In this document: one piece after another, positions 19,419 through 30,755 of the stretch
Numbering within the stretch: the stretch's first letter is position 1
Layout: each line of letters opens with the position of its first letter
Assembly (NCBI RefSeq): GCF_001272835.1
Contig: NZ_CP010546.1
Span: forward strand, 662,809-694,808
DNA from: Mycoplasmoides pneumoniae FH
GTDB lineage: Bacteria; Bacillota_I; Bacilli_A; Mycoplasmatales; Mycoplasmoidaceae
DNA length: 32,000 nt
Direction: 5' to 3'
Made by a program: the position numbers and the translations under genes
The notes under the pieces: model-generated
Database searches by the model: none
Seen by the model: only the letters and a program-made list of their open reading frames with translations
Told to the model about the DNA's origin: nothing

Positions 19419-22400
19419 TTAGTCTTCGCCAAATACCTCCTTAGCATCGGAATCGGAAAACTGATCTAATCATTCATCAGCATCAATCGAGTCCACATCA
19501 AAGCTTTCAAACACAGGGATATCCTTGGCTATGTCAATGTTCTTCGCATCTTCAGCGTTGGAACTGTGGAATACTAATCAGTTACCCTCACTGTCAAATT
19601 CCCCATCGTACCACTTTCATTCATTATCTTCATAGTAACCATAGTCTTCGTTGCCTATTAACTGCTCCCAGAACCGTGGTGCTTCACTAATCCTTGGTTG
19701 ATGATTCTGATAGTGTTCATCAACTAAGACTCATTCACCGGTCTCATCATAATAACCGTATCAGATCCATTCTCCTTTACGGTTATATCTACCATAGATT
19801 TCATCACCTATTAGATCTGTGTAATCACTTTCACGTGCCCATTCAACACTAGCATCTGGTGTTCATATTTGGTTGTCATCAAAGTAACCAGCTCATACCC
19901 ATTCCCCACTAGGTTCATAATGACCATAATTGCTATTACCAATCAATAGTTCTCAATCAAGTTGCTCTTCTTCAACGTCATCAACTACTTTTGTTGCTTC
20001 AGTTTCTGGTTGAAGTTCTGGAGCTTCAGATGTTGCCTCTACTTCCAAGGTTTCTGGCGTTACCTCCGCTTGAGCTTCTGGTTTAGTTTCAAAATCTGAA
20101 TTCAAACTTACTTTTGGCTCTGATTGAACTTCGGCTTCGAATTTAAATTCAATTTCTGATTCAGGTTGAACTTCTACTTCTGTTTCAAAATTAGGTTCTG
20201 GTTCAGACTCGAAACTTGATTCTTGTGCTAGCTCTTGTTGAACTTCAGTTTCGGATTCGAAATTAGGTTCAATTTCTGGTTCAAGCTCTACTTCTGGTTC
20301 AAAATTAGGTTCTGGTTCAGTAGTTTCAATTGATTCTGGTTCAGGAATCGTTTCCAAATCAAAGTTAGGTTCTGGTTCAGGTTGAATTTCTACTTCTGTT
20401 TCAAAGCTAGGATCAGATTCAGTATTTAACTCTGAAGTTTCAGCGTCTGCTGTTAAAACAACTTCTTCAGCATTTGCTTCTGTTTGCGCTGTAGCTGTGG
20501 ATACCCATTTGTTATCTTCATCGAAGTAACCGGTTCAAATCCAGTTTTGCTCTGCATCAAAGTAACCGTATTCACTGTTACCAATTAACGCCTCCCAATC
20601 CAGTTCAGCTTGGGCTTCAGAAGTTGCTTTTGACTCGGTTTCAATAGCTGGTTCGACTGCAACAGCTGTTGACTCTTGTTCAACTTGCGCTTCTTCAACG
20701 GTCTCTGCAGCTAATGTTGTTGAAGTTTCAACAATTGGTTCTACAGCAAGTGGTGCTTCTTCAACAACTGCTAATACTTCTGGTTCTACTGCTTTCTCAG
20801 TAACTGTAACAGTTTCAGTAACAACTGGTGCTGTTTCTAGTTGAACAGTTTCAAGCGGTTCTAAACTTACTGGTGTTTCTGTAAGTTCAACCGTTTCAAC
20901 AACTGGAGTTGATGCAACATTAGGTTCATTTGATGTTGCACTTACAACAGTTGATTCAACAAACTCGTTTTCTAAAAGTTGTTCTTCAGGTTCTACTGTT
21001 GGAATTACAACTGGTTCAAAAACTGGAGTTGATGCAAAAGTAGTTGTTTCTCTACTAGTAGTTGTGACAAACTCATTGACTAGCTCTTGCTCTTGCAACT
21101 CTATTTCTGCTACAGTTAGTGGTGCAGTGCTAGTGAGAAAATCAACTACATAATGAAACCCAGCTTGTTGGGGTTGACCGTTGTCAATCACCACCACCTC
21201 TTGAATCAGCTCGCTTTGTGGTAAGGCTGTGGTGGCTGTGGTGCCAACCGCCACTAATTCATCAATGAGGTCAGCTTCATTTAAAGCAATGTTAATTGCT
21301 TGAGAAGGGGCTTGACTAGCTGCAGCTGCTGTTTGGCTTGGTTTTTTGAAATCAAAACTTTCATTAACAAACTCAACCTTAATAATTGGTTCTTGAAACT
21401 GAATCGAACTTGATGCTGGTTGTGCTTGTACAGTAACCACTTGAGGTTGAGTGGTAGTTGTTGACGGTGCAACAAACGGCACTTCTACCATTTCCGTTTC
21501 CACTTCCGATTGGTCTAACAGTGGTGCGCTAACACTTAGCTGTTCTAGCTGAGTAGTTTGATTAAATACAGTGGTCTGCTCTTCTATGACTGGCTGTGAT
21601 GTAGAAACGGTGACAGCAGCAGTTGGTGGTGATGTTTGGTCTACTACAGTTACAGTTGGTGGTGCTGGTAATTCAATTTGTACAACAGGTGTAGTTGTAG
21701 TGGCTTTTTCAACCATTGGCAAGGTAAAGCGCACTGGGTCAGGAATCCAATTGAGTTTGGTGTCAAAGAAACCCTTCCACACCCAAATGTTGTTTTGAAT
21801 GTAACCATAGTTAGGATTACCAACCAGTGGTTTTCAAAAACAGCTATCAATCTGTTTGCGCTTAATAAAGGCAGTATGTTCTTGGGGCAGTTCCACTGTT
21901 TCTACCACTTCAAAGTAATACCAGTTTTGGTGTTGATCAAAGAAACCTAATCAAATTCAGGTGTGGTTCTTTCAAAAACCAAAACGAACATCACCAACAA
22001 AGATTTGTCAAAAGAGTTGTGCTTTTTCAAAAATCGATTCACGTTCTTGACTGTGGCGGGTGCTGGTTAGAACCTGATTCTGTTCTAAAGCAACCGGTTT
22101 TAGTTCAAATTGTTCGGTTTCAACAAGCTCACTGTTGGCATAATGTGCCAGTTGATTTTGACTAATAGCAGTTTTGCTAACAGTCTCCTCTACCGCTTTA
22201 TTATCACCCCGGTCATCGTTAATAACACTAGTACCAGCTGGTGGCACAATAAAAACACCACGCTTTTTCTCGTCAAAAAAGTCAATAGAAGATTCAACTA
22301 TCTGTTTTTTGACTTTAGAAGTACCTCTGGTAGCGGTGCTAGCTCTGGTAGTTTTATTCTTCTTAAGTACATTGGTTTTGATCTCCTCTAAGAAGGGCTT

Positions 22401-22529
22401 CTTGAGTAAATCATCGATGCTAACATCCTTATTTTTAGCTTTAGCAGTTTTCTCTTTAGACTGTTCTAAATACTTTTTGTACTGTAATGTAGTGTTCGAT
22501 GGGTTCTGTTTTTTTATCGTTTTTGGCAT
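19419..22529 (-). CDS. p200: large acidic terminal-organelle/gliding-associated protein with EAGR boxes (P200 type)
   Basis: Track ORFs 22008..22535, 20535..21782 and 19953..20357, plus the untracked segments between and after them, are all in one frame and interrupted only by TGA. ATG 22529-22527 (the track M at 22535 is a TTG), TAA 19419-19421, 1036 aa. It has a Lys-rich N-terminus, a long acidic Pro/Glu/Val/Thr-rich core, and six W/G/Y-rich EAGR-type boxes. Confidence 0.9.
19566..19949 (-). repeat. three tandemly spaced EAGR-box coding units (19854..19949, 19719..19814, 19566..19661) at the P200 C-terminus
   Basis: The translations are LLIGNSNYGHYEPSGEWVWAGYFDDNQIWTPD, LIGDEIYGRYNRKGEWIWYGYYDETGEWVLVD and LIGNEDYGYYEDNEWKWYDGEFDSEGNWLVFH. 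The density of TGA here is why the ORF track shows nothing between 19419 and 19952. Confidence 0.8.
20160..20405 (-). repeat. imperfect in-frame DNA repeats encoding an acidic Pro-rich 'EPEPNFE-x-EVE' module of P200
   Basis: The 30-mer ttcaggttgaa(c/t)ttctacttctgtttcaaa occurs at 20160-20189 and 20376-20405 with 1 mismatch. aaa(a/g)ttaggttctggttcag occurs at 20187-20206, 20301-20320 and 20361-20380. Confidence 0.8.
20499..20588 (-). repeat. EAGR-box coding unit within P200
   Basis: The translation is LIGNSEYGYFDAEQNWIWTGYFDEDNKWVS. Confidence 0.8.
21738..22004 (-). repeat. two EAGR-box coding units (21909..22004 and 21738..21827) within P200
   Basis: The translations are IFVGDVRFGFWKNHTWIWLGFFDQHQNWYYFE and LVGNPNYGYIQNNIWVWKGFFDTKLNWIPD. 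Several of the Trp residues are TGA. Confidence 0.8.
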
Positions 22530-22628
22530 TAACAAACATGCTTAGCACTAAATGCCTTGAGGCGTTTTGCGATTAATAAAATTTTAATTTTTAATATTAA
22601 TATAACGAACTTTATAGCGCTAGCGACA

Positions 22629-23504
22629 CTAAATTAAAGAGCCATAAGGTGACTTTTTTTGTTTAGGGTCATAAGTCCTTACAAACAATTCCACAAAGAC
22701 ATTGCAGTCATAGTACTCCAGTAGTTTTTGACGCATTTGCATCCCGATCTTTTTCACCATTTGGGCATTACGGCCAATAATAATTTTTTTTTGACTAAGT
22801 TTAGGCACACTAATGGAAAGGTGTAGCTTCAACAGGTTTTTAGCTTGATCAAAACTCTTATCGACAATCTCTAGCCTTACTACATGGGGAATTTCTTCGC
22901 TGCAGTACTTAATGATCTGTTCGCGCAGCGCTTCTAAAATCTTAAAGTTATCAGTGTCAGCATCTAAAAATTCAACATCTTTACGAAACTCATTTGCTTG
23001 TAGTTTCACTTCGTTAAACTGGTTTCAAAAAGAAGTGGCATCAAAATGAAGCAGATCAGTTTCCAGTACTGCTTGCGGTTTAAAATCGAGCACAATTGCT
23101 TGCTTGTCCTCCGCTTGCAAAACAACATCAAAGAAGTTATTAATTAACAAAACACGAGTTAAATCACGGTAACGCTTTAACGGTTGTAATTGCGTTTGTA
23201 ACAAGGGTAACTTTTGCTGTTGATCACTGCGCACCACTAACAACAAGACATCTATCCCACTTAAAGCCTTGCGAATCTCTTGACTAATTAACTCATAGGA
23301 GCTGTGACGTTTTTCACTAAAGCCAGGAACATCAATGAAGGTAATGTTTTGCTTTTCATGGGTAATAGTATTAGTGCTAACCGCCAACAACGTAGTGTTG
23401 TTCATAGGTGAAACCAACAAGTTATTCGCTTTGTGTAATTGGTTAACGAGAGTTGATTTACCAGCGTTGGTTAGACCTAAAACACCAATTCTTATCGATT
23501 CCAT
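22629..23504 (-). CDS. era: GTPase Era
   Basis: Track ORFs 23025..23504 and 22629..23009 are in the same frame, joined by TGA 23025-23027. ATG 23504-23502, TAG 22629-22631, 291 aa. G1 motif GLTNAGKST and DVPG are present, with a KH-like C-terminal half. Confidence 0.93.
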
Positions 23505-23956
23505 AGTTTTAAAACGGTTTCATGAATTTCATCTTGAAAAAACATCGTTACACTTTCAAAGGCCAGACTTTGCTCATGGTCAAACTCAAACAGGTGTAGC
23601 AAACCATGGATTAAGTTGCGTGTTAGTAAAAACCAAGGTGTGCAACCAAACTGCTTGGCCTGCTTAAAGATGTGTTTGGGACACAAAAAGATTTCACCAA
23701 TGGCTGGTGAAAACCCCGCCTCATTTTCGTTGTAACAGATGCTAATCACATCAGTTACCCCTTTGCGGTTGAGAAACTGCCGGTTTAAGCGCTTCATCTT
23801 TCATGGTGAAACAATCATAAGCGCAAATTCTGGTTGAAAAGAAAGCTGCAAGCTGTCTTTAATAATTTGCAAACAAAGCTCGATGCCAGCTTCAAAGTTT
23901 TTGCCAAAAAAGCGCTTAAACAAGTAGTTAGAGTTAATACTAAAAGACGGTTTCAA
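23492..23956 (-). CDS. ybeY: endoribonuclease YbeY (rRNA maturation)
   Basis: Zn-binding motif [11 protein letters not shown], with [17 protein letters not shown] preceding it. The frame is open upstream of the track start (23797) through TGA 23801-23803 to a stop at 24005-24007. The first beta-strand-like segment SFSINSNY requires a start upstream of it. The best candidate is TTG 23956-23954 (154 aa). Alternatives are TTG 23923 and ATG 23818. TAA at 23492-23494 overlaps the era start by 13 nt. Confidence 0.8.
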
Positions 23957-24329
23957 ACAGCGCTTTGGACGGTAAAAGAATCGTAATATTATACCAACCT
24001 TGTTTTAAGTTAATACTTAAATTAACCGCTTGAAAAAGCTGTTGCTGGTTTTCATTTTCTAGCTGCTCTAGGGAAATTTTCTTTTTGTAAAGTCGAAAAG
24101 CTTTCTTATCTTCCTTTTTAGTTGTTTCTGCTTGAAAATTAGTTCAAGATACCTGGTTAAACTGGGCTTCATCCTGCTCGTTTTTAAAAACTAAAAAGGT
24201 TTGTTCAGACAATTTTGCCCATAAGCTTGTAGTTAGGTATCGTTGTACCTTAACCGTAAATAAGATGGCAACGGCTGTTAAGAATAAAACAAAGAAAGCT
24301 AGAGTTAGGCCAATAATTTTTTGCTTCAT
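23940..24329 (-). CDS. small single-pass membrane protein, hypothetical
   Basis: ATG 24329-24327 lies 1 nt after the exporter stop. Track ORF 24144..24329 continues through TGA 24144-24146 to TAG 23940-23942, giving 129 aa. The N-terminal hydrophobic anchor is IIGLTLAFFVLFLTAVAILF. Confidence 0.7.
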
Positions 24330-24330
24330 A

Positions 24331-26309
24331 TTATGTCTGCTGTAAATAAGGACTGAGGTTAATTAGGTCTTGCTCACTGTTTACAAAGCGTAAATCGTGT
24401 TCGACCATCAGAACAAAGTTGTTATAGGTCAACGGTTTGATCAAAAGCTGATACACGCGCGGTTTGAGCTCCGTGGCAATGGCGTTGAGTGTTTCATCTA
24501 ACAAAATCACCTTGTCTTTGAGGTTTTGTAATAAGAACAGTTGCAAGATCTGTTTTTGTCCTGAACTTAACTTAATCTGGTTGTGGATGCCGGTGTCGGC
24601 TAACAGCTGGTATACTTGGGGATTTTTACAGTTTAACAAGGCTTCACTGTAAAGTCAGTAATGTCGTTGTAGGCCGTTAACTGCCCCGTTAAATAGTAAA
24701 CGTTGTGAAACAGTTGGCTTGCACTAAAATCCTTTAGGTCTAATTCATCCAACTTAATTTGACCCTGGTATGACAAACCTCGACCAGTCAGAATTTTCAG
24801 CAAGGTACTTTTACCGCTACCATTCTCACCACTAATAACCATGCCATTAGTTAAATTCAGGTTGAGGTTAGCCAAATCGAGATTTTGGTTCAGAGTGATA
24901 CTACAGTTGTTTAAGTTAATCACTTTGGGACACTTCCAACTGACCTTGAAATTGCAATCATTAACCTTGTCTTCAAACAAGGTAACTAGTTTGTCCTTAC
25001 AGAACTGGTACAGGTTAACTGCTGCACCAAACTGGATGATTCTCGTGGCATAAGCGGAAAACAATGCCTGAATGGAAAAGATATAAAAGAGAAAGGCTAA
25101 GGTGTAGCGCTGTTCAATAATGCCAATAATGCCCAAGGCCAAAATTAAAAAGTCAAATACCTGTTGGGCAAAACTTTTAACACCATCACTCGCTAAGTGG
25201 TTCACTTCCTTTTGATTACTAATGTTTTGGTTTTTAATAAGTGCTTTGCGCAACTGCATCATTAAGTAATTGAAGCGCTTGCCGTTTTGTTCATCACGCA
25301 AATTGCCATCTAACTGCAAACTGACCTTGTTTTGTAACTCCATTTGCGGAATTGCTTGCTTCGTAATCCGTTTAGTGAAAAAGAAGTCATAAAGAAAAAT
25401 GGCACAATTCACCACAATTTGGGCAATTGCTATCCATAAGAACTCCATTTGGTTAATACCAATTAAGGTGCCAATAATTAAAGCTACTGTACAGCTAATA
25501 ATTAAGTTAGGAATATGGACATTAAAGAAGGACAACACTTCCTTGAGGTAAAACTGACGCTCGGTTAATTGGTTAGGTGATTTATTGCTAAAGTAGACAA
25601 AACTCTTGGTTTGTAATGTTTGCATAATTCAACCCAAATAGCCCCGATACTGCTTTCAAAACAAAACATTACGCACCATTTGCAACAAGGCATACAAAAG
25701 TAAGTACAAGCCTTTTAAAACTAAAAAGAAAACCACAAAAACGACAATGTTAACTGATGTCCCAAAGTCAACGGTGTTGGCAATCATCGTTTTAGAGGCC
25801 GTTGCTAAAAGTGTTGAAATGCCAATAATGATTAGTTCAATGAAGACATAGAAAATAATCAGGTTTAAATCAAAGAAGTGCTTAAAGAAATTGCGCTTAT
25901 TAATGGGCGGAATTTCTTTAAATGATTTTTGCACTGTAGCGGCATAACCAGTTCACTGTTTCTTTAATTCTTCATCATTTAAAAGATATTTCCCTTTAGC
26001 GGGGTCAAATACTTCCCAGAGATTATCTTGTTTTTTATGCACCACCACAAAATGCTTAGGGAAGTGGACAATAAAGTATTTACCCTCTAGTTGTTTGAGC
26101 TCTTCTAGGGTTAGCTGGTAACTAGCAATTTCGAGACCAAACTTCTTGCCATAGGTCTCTAGTTCAAAGAAACTCAAACCACTAGCTGGTAGGTTAATTT
26201 GTTCCAACAGTTCATCATGGGCATACTTATCCTCATGCAGTTCATTGGCTAACATGCCAAGCACACAAATGCCACATTCGTTGGGTTGTTCTTGATAAAT
26301 AATTTTCAT
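24331..26309 (-). pseudogene. C39-peptidase-containing ABC exporter (PCAT / bacteriocin-exporter type), frame broken by a 1-nt deficit as written
   Basis: Track ORFs 25953..26309, 25656..25934 and 24633..25625 are in one frame, joined by TGA at 25953, 25656 and 25629. They end at TAA 24633-24635. The remaining ATPase part, 24331..24639, is in the adjacent frame. C39 motifs: YQEQPNECGICVLG, KHFVVVHKK, VFDPAKG. Several hydrophobic segments form a TM domain. ATPase motifs: Walker A GENGSGKST, signature LSSGQKQ, Walker B VILLDE, H-loop VEHD. The span is 1979 nt, 1 short of 660 codons. Confidence 0.85.
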
Positions 26310-26354
26310 GGGGCTTTATCACTTACATAAATGACCCAATGAGGCTAAGGTGCC

Positions 26355-26386
26355 AATAAAAAAAGGGCTGTACTACTACAACCCTT
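26355..26386 (-). terminator. rho-independent terminator downstream of pepA
   Basis: The minus-strand RNA is AAGGGUUG-UAGUAGUA-CAGCCCUU followed by UUUUUAUU. The 8-bp stem pairs 26363-26370 with 26379-26386 and includes one G-U pair that exists only on the minus-strand transcript. It lies 27 nt after the pepA stop. Confidence 0.6.
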
Positions 26387-26412
26387 CTTTTATCTGCTTA
26401 TTGAAAGCCTGT

Positions 26413-27750
26413 TTATTCCTTTGCTTGCTGCGCAGCACGTTCGTATAAAGTACGTACTAAAACCCCTTGACCAAGATCTTGAATCGAAGCTGTGGATGCA
26501 ATATCACAGTGGATCAAAGGTACCCCTTCCCTAAATTCAGCTAAGAAACATGCCGCCCGGGATGAACCTGCTCCCTTAACACTAGTGGAGTTTTGTAAGT
26601 CCGCTAGTTTTGATTCCAATGGTTTTAGGTAATCCGGGTGCATTGGCAAGCGTCATACCGGTTCGCCTGCACAGCAAGCTGCTTTTTTAAAGGCATCCCA
26701 TGCCATGTCACAGGTACTAAAGATCCCGGTGTAAGTGGTACTTAAGATGTAAGACATTAAACCGGTTAAGGTAGCGACATCAATAATTTGGGTAGCTTTA
26801 AGATCCTTAGCAGCATAGCTAATGGCATCGGCTAACACCAAGCGACCTTCAGCATCGGTATTGTCAATTTCAACCGTTTTACCATTGTAAGCGGTTTGGA
26901 TGTCATCAGGGCGTTGTGCGTGGGGACCTGGTAGGTTTTCTGTTAAAGCAGCTACTGCTACTACATTGGTTTTCACCTTGTTTTTCGCTAAGGCCAACAC
27001 GGTGGAACACACAATAGCTGCCCCACTCATGTCGTACTTCATACCACGCATGTAGTCACCGGTCTTAATGTTCATCCCACCCGAATCATAGGTAATGCCC
27101 TTACCAACTAAAGCTAAAGTTTCACTGCTCTTCTTATTATTGTTATAGGAAATTACTAGTAAACGCGCTTCACGTTCCGAACCCTTGTTAACCCCTAACA
27201 GTAAGCCCATCTTCTTTTTGATGAGATCAGCTTGCTTTAAAACGGTAATCTTAACACCTAAACCAGTAGCCGCCTTTTCAAAGCGCTTCACAAATTCCTC
27301 TGGGTAGAGTTGGTCAGAGGGGGTGTCTTGGAGTTGACGCGCCATGTTGACATAGTTACCCACTACCTCGTATTCTTTAATGAGGCTCGTGTGTTCGCTG
27401 TCACACTTCACTGCTACTTCCACATTCTTTTGTGGTTCGGTCTTCATGGTGAAAGGTGTTGTTTCACAGAAGGTAATGCTAGCTACCACTACCTTTAATG
27501 CTGTTTTGTAACAGAGGTTTTCTGCTTTGTAGAGTTCCACAAAACTGTCTAAGTCCACGTTTAGTTGGTTCTTTTGCGTTTTCAAAAAGGTAACTAGAGC
27601 GCGGTTGAAAGCGGGGAAATCAGTCGGAATTTTTACGCCAAATTCAATTTGGCCTTCAACACACTTAGTCTTACAGCAATCACTCTTGCCGTACTTATCG
27701 GACTTTTTAAAAACAACCGTCTTGCTGTCAAATAACTTATTTAATTTCAT
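26413..27750 (-). CDS. pepA: leucyl (M17) aminopeptidase
   Basis: Track ORFs 26653..27750 and 26413..26649 are in the same frame, joined by TGA 26653-26655. 445 aa. M17 signature NTDAEGRLVLAD and VGKGITYDSGG are present. Confidence 0.95.
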
Positions 27751-27763
27751 CTTTAATTTTTAC

Positions 27764-29748
<1,985 letters not shown>

Positions 29749-29757
29749 ACCGTCAAT

Positions 29758-29763
29758 ATTCTA
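29758..29763 (-). promoter_or_regulatory. candidate -10 box TAGAAT for groES-groEL-pepA
   Basis: The minus strand reads ggTAGAATattgacggtATG. Only 9 nt separate the box from the ATG and there is no Shine-Dalgarno sequence. This would give a nearly leaderless mRNA. Based on sequence pattern only. Confidence 0.35.
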
Positions 29764-29801
29764 CCAATTATTAACAATTAGCAGTTAAATGCTTAAAGTG
29801 C

Positions 29802-29847
29802 AAATAAAAATAATTTAGCAACACTACCGAAATAGTGCTGCTAAATT
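29802..29847 (-). terminator. strong hairpin plus U-tract between the upstream membrane-protein gene and groES (intrinsic terminator; arms are CIRCE-like)
   Basis: The minus-strand RNA is AAUUUAGCAGCACUA-UUUCGG-UAGUGUUGCUAAAUU followed by AUUUUUAUUUG. The 15-bp stem pairs 29812-29826 with 29833-29847. The single imperfect position is G-U on the minus transcript and A-C on the plus strand. Confidence 0.6.
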
Positions 29848-29935
29848 AGCGTGCCTGATTTATTTACTAGTAGATTAAGCGTTTATTGCCAATAAGGCAC
29901 TCAACCTTGTATATGTGGTTAGTAATTAAAACTAA

Positions 29936-30322
29936 TTAAGAGTTATTTTCTTTTGGAAGTGGCAGACTAGCATCAAGCACACCGAAAGCAATTAACATGA
30001 CTACGGCCACTAACAACAATAAGCTACCGACAACAAAGAAAGCAACAAATAGATTTTTCGTTTTTGCATGAGCGGGACTACCCACTTCAGCGTGTTTGTG
30101 CTTATGTAGGAAGATGCCACCCAACAAACAACTCAAGAAACCAATGATTAACAACAAAATAACTAAAAGGCTAATTCCACCAGCAATTTGGAAAATGTTA
30201 CTCGTTATTCCTTCGGCTTCATTGAAACCAGGAGTTTTACCACTAGAATTCTGGGAACCAAGCATTTGCTTTTGGAAGAAACGCGTAATAAAAGGAAAGC
30301 TTAAAGCTAAATTTTGCAGCAT
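29936..30322 (-). CDS. hypothetical membrane protein (two hydrophobic helices, HKHKH linker)
   Basis: Intact 128-aa ORF, ATG 30322-30320, TAA 29936-29938, with an upstream in-frame stop close by. Hydrophobic segments are GGISLLVILLLIIGFLSCLLGGIFL and LFVAFFVVGSLLLLVAVVMLIAFGV. Confidence 0.7.
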   Translation of the reverse strand: MLQNLALSFPFITRFFQKQMLGSQNSSGKTPGFNEAEGITSNIFQIAGGISLLVILLLIIGFLSCLLGGIFLHKHKHAEVGSPAHAKTKNLFVAFFVVGSLLLLVAVVMLIAFGVLDASLPLPKENNS

Positions 30323-30681
30323 GAAAAATATTTGTTTGGAAATAACAAATACTTAAAACAACTAAAAAACCAATGCTGACAGTAGTAACGTTAACGCTAG
30401 TTAATCTATCGTATCTTGGTTAGGAAATTTAATTGAAAAACTACCACAAACTTTTCAACACCCATTAAAGGCTTAAAAAGTTTCAACAATAAAAACTAAA
30501 AACTCTACGCCATCACTGGCATAACAGGAAAATTTAATTTTTAAGCCTAATGCTAATTTCTTTTAAACCCTAAAAAATTAATTGGACTCGCTAATGAAAA
30601 CGGTTTTAACTCGATAATCTAATGGTTTTATTACCTCTAAAGTGACCAAGCTTCTAATGGTTTTGAACTGTTTATTTCAAT

Positions 30682-30721
30682 AAAAAATCACAGCATCTTT
30701 TAATGAGTGAAGTGATTTTTT
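30682..30721 (-). terminator. weak candidate terminator after glyA
   Basis: The inverted repeat AAAAAATCAC (30682-30691) / GTGATTTTTT (30712-30721) has a U-run on either strand. It lies 35 nt after the glyA stop. The 20-nt loop and A/T-rich stem make it weak. Confidence 0.3.
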
Positions 30722-30755
30722 TAAATGCTGTATGTTTAGTAAATTAAGTAGTTAT

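Noticed and set aside
20100-20420. Short near-identical DNA repeats with regular spacing, which could in principle suggest a CRISPR-like or satellite array.
   Set aside because: They are in frame inside the P200 coding sequence and encode a repeated acidic peptide module. The 'spacers' are also coding and similar in composition. No cas genes or leader are present.
22612-22631. Palindromes TAGCGCTA / CGCTAGCG at the era stop codon as a terminator, and AT-rich palindromes (TTAATATTAA) upstream of P200 as an operator.
   Set aside because: The GC palindrome has no loop, so it cannot form a hairpin. The AT-rich palindromes are expected by chance in such sequence, and none is followed by a convincing U-tract.
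29812-29847. Functional CIRCE/HrcA operator controlling groESL.
   Set aside because: Only the outer TTAGCA/TGCTAA halves match. The inner arms and spacing differ from TTAGCACTC-N9-GAGTGCTAA. The element lies upstream of, not over or after, the likely promoter. The strand-asymmetric G-U pair and U-tail favour a terminator. It is reported as a hairpin with this caveat.
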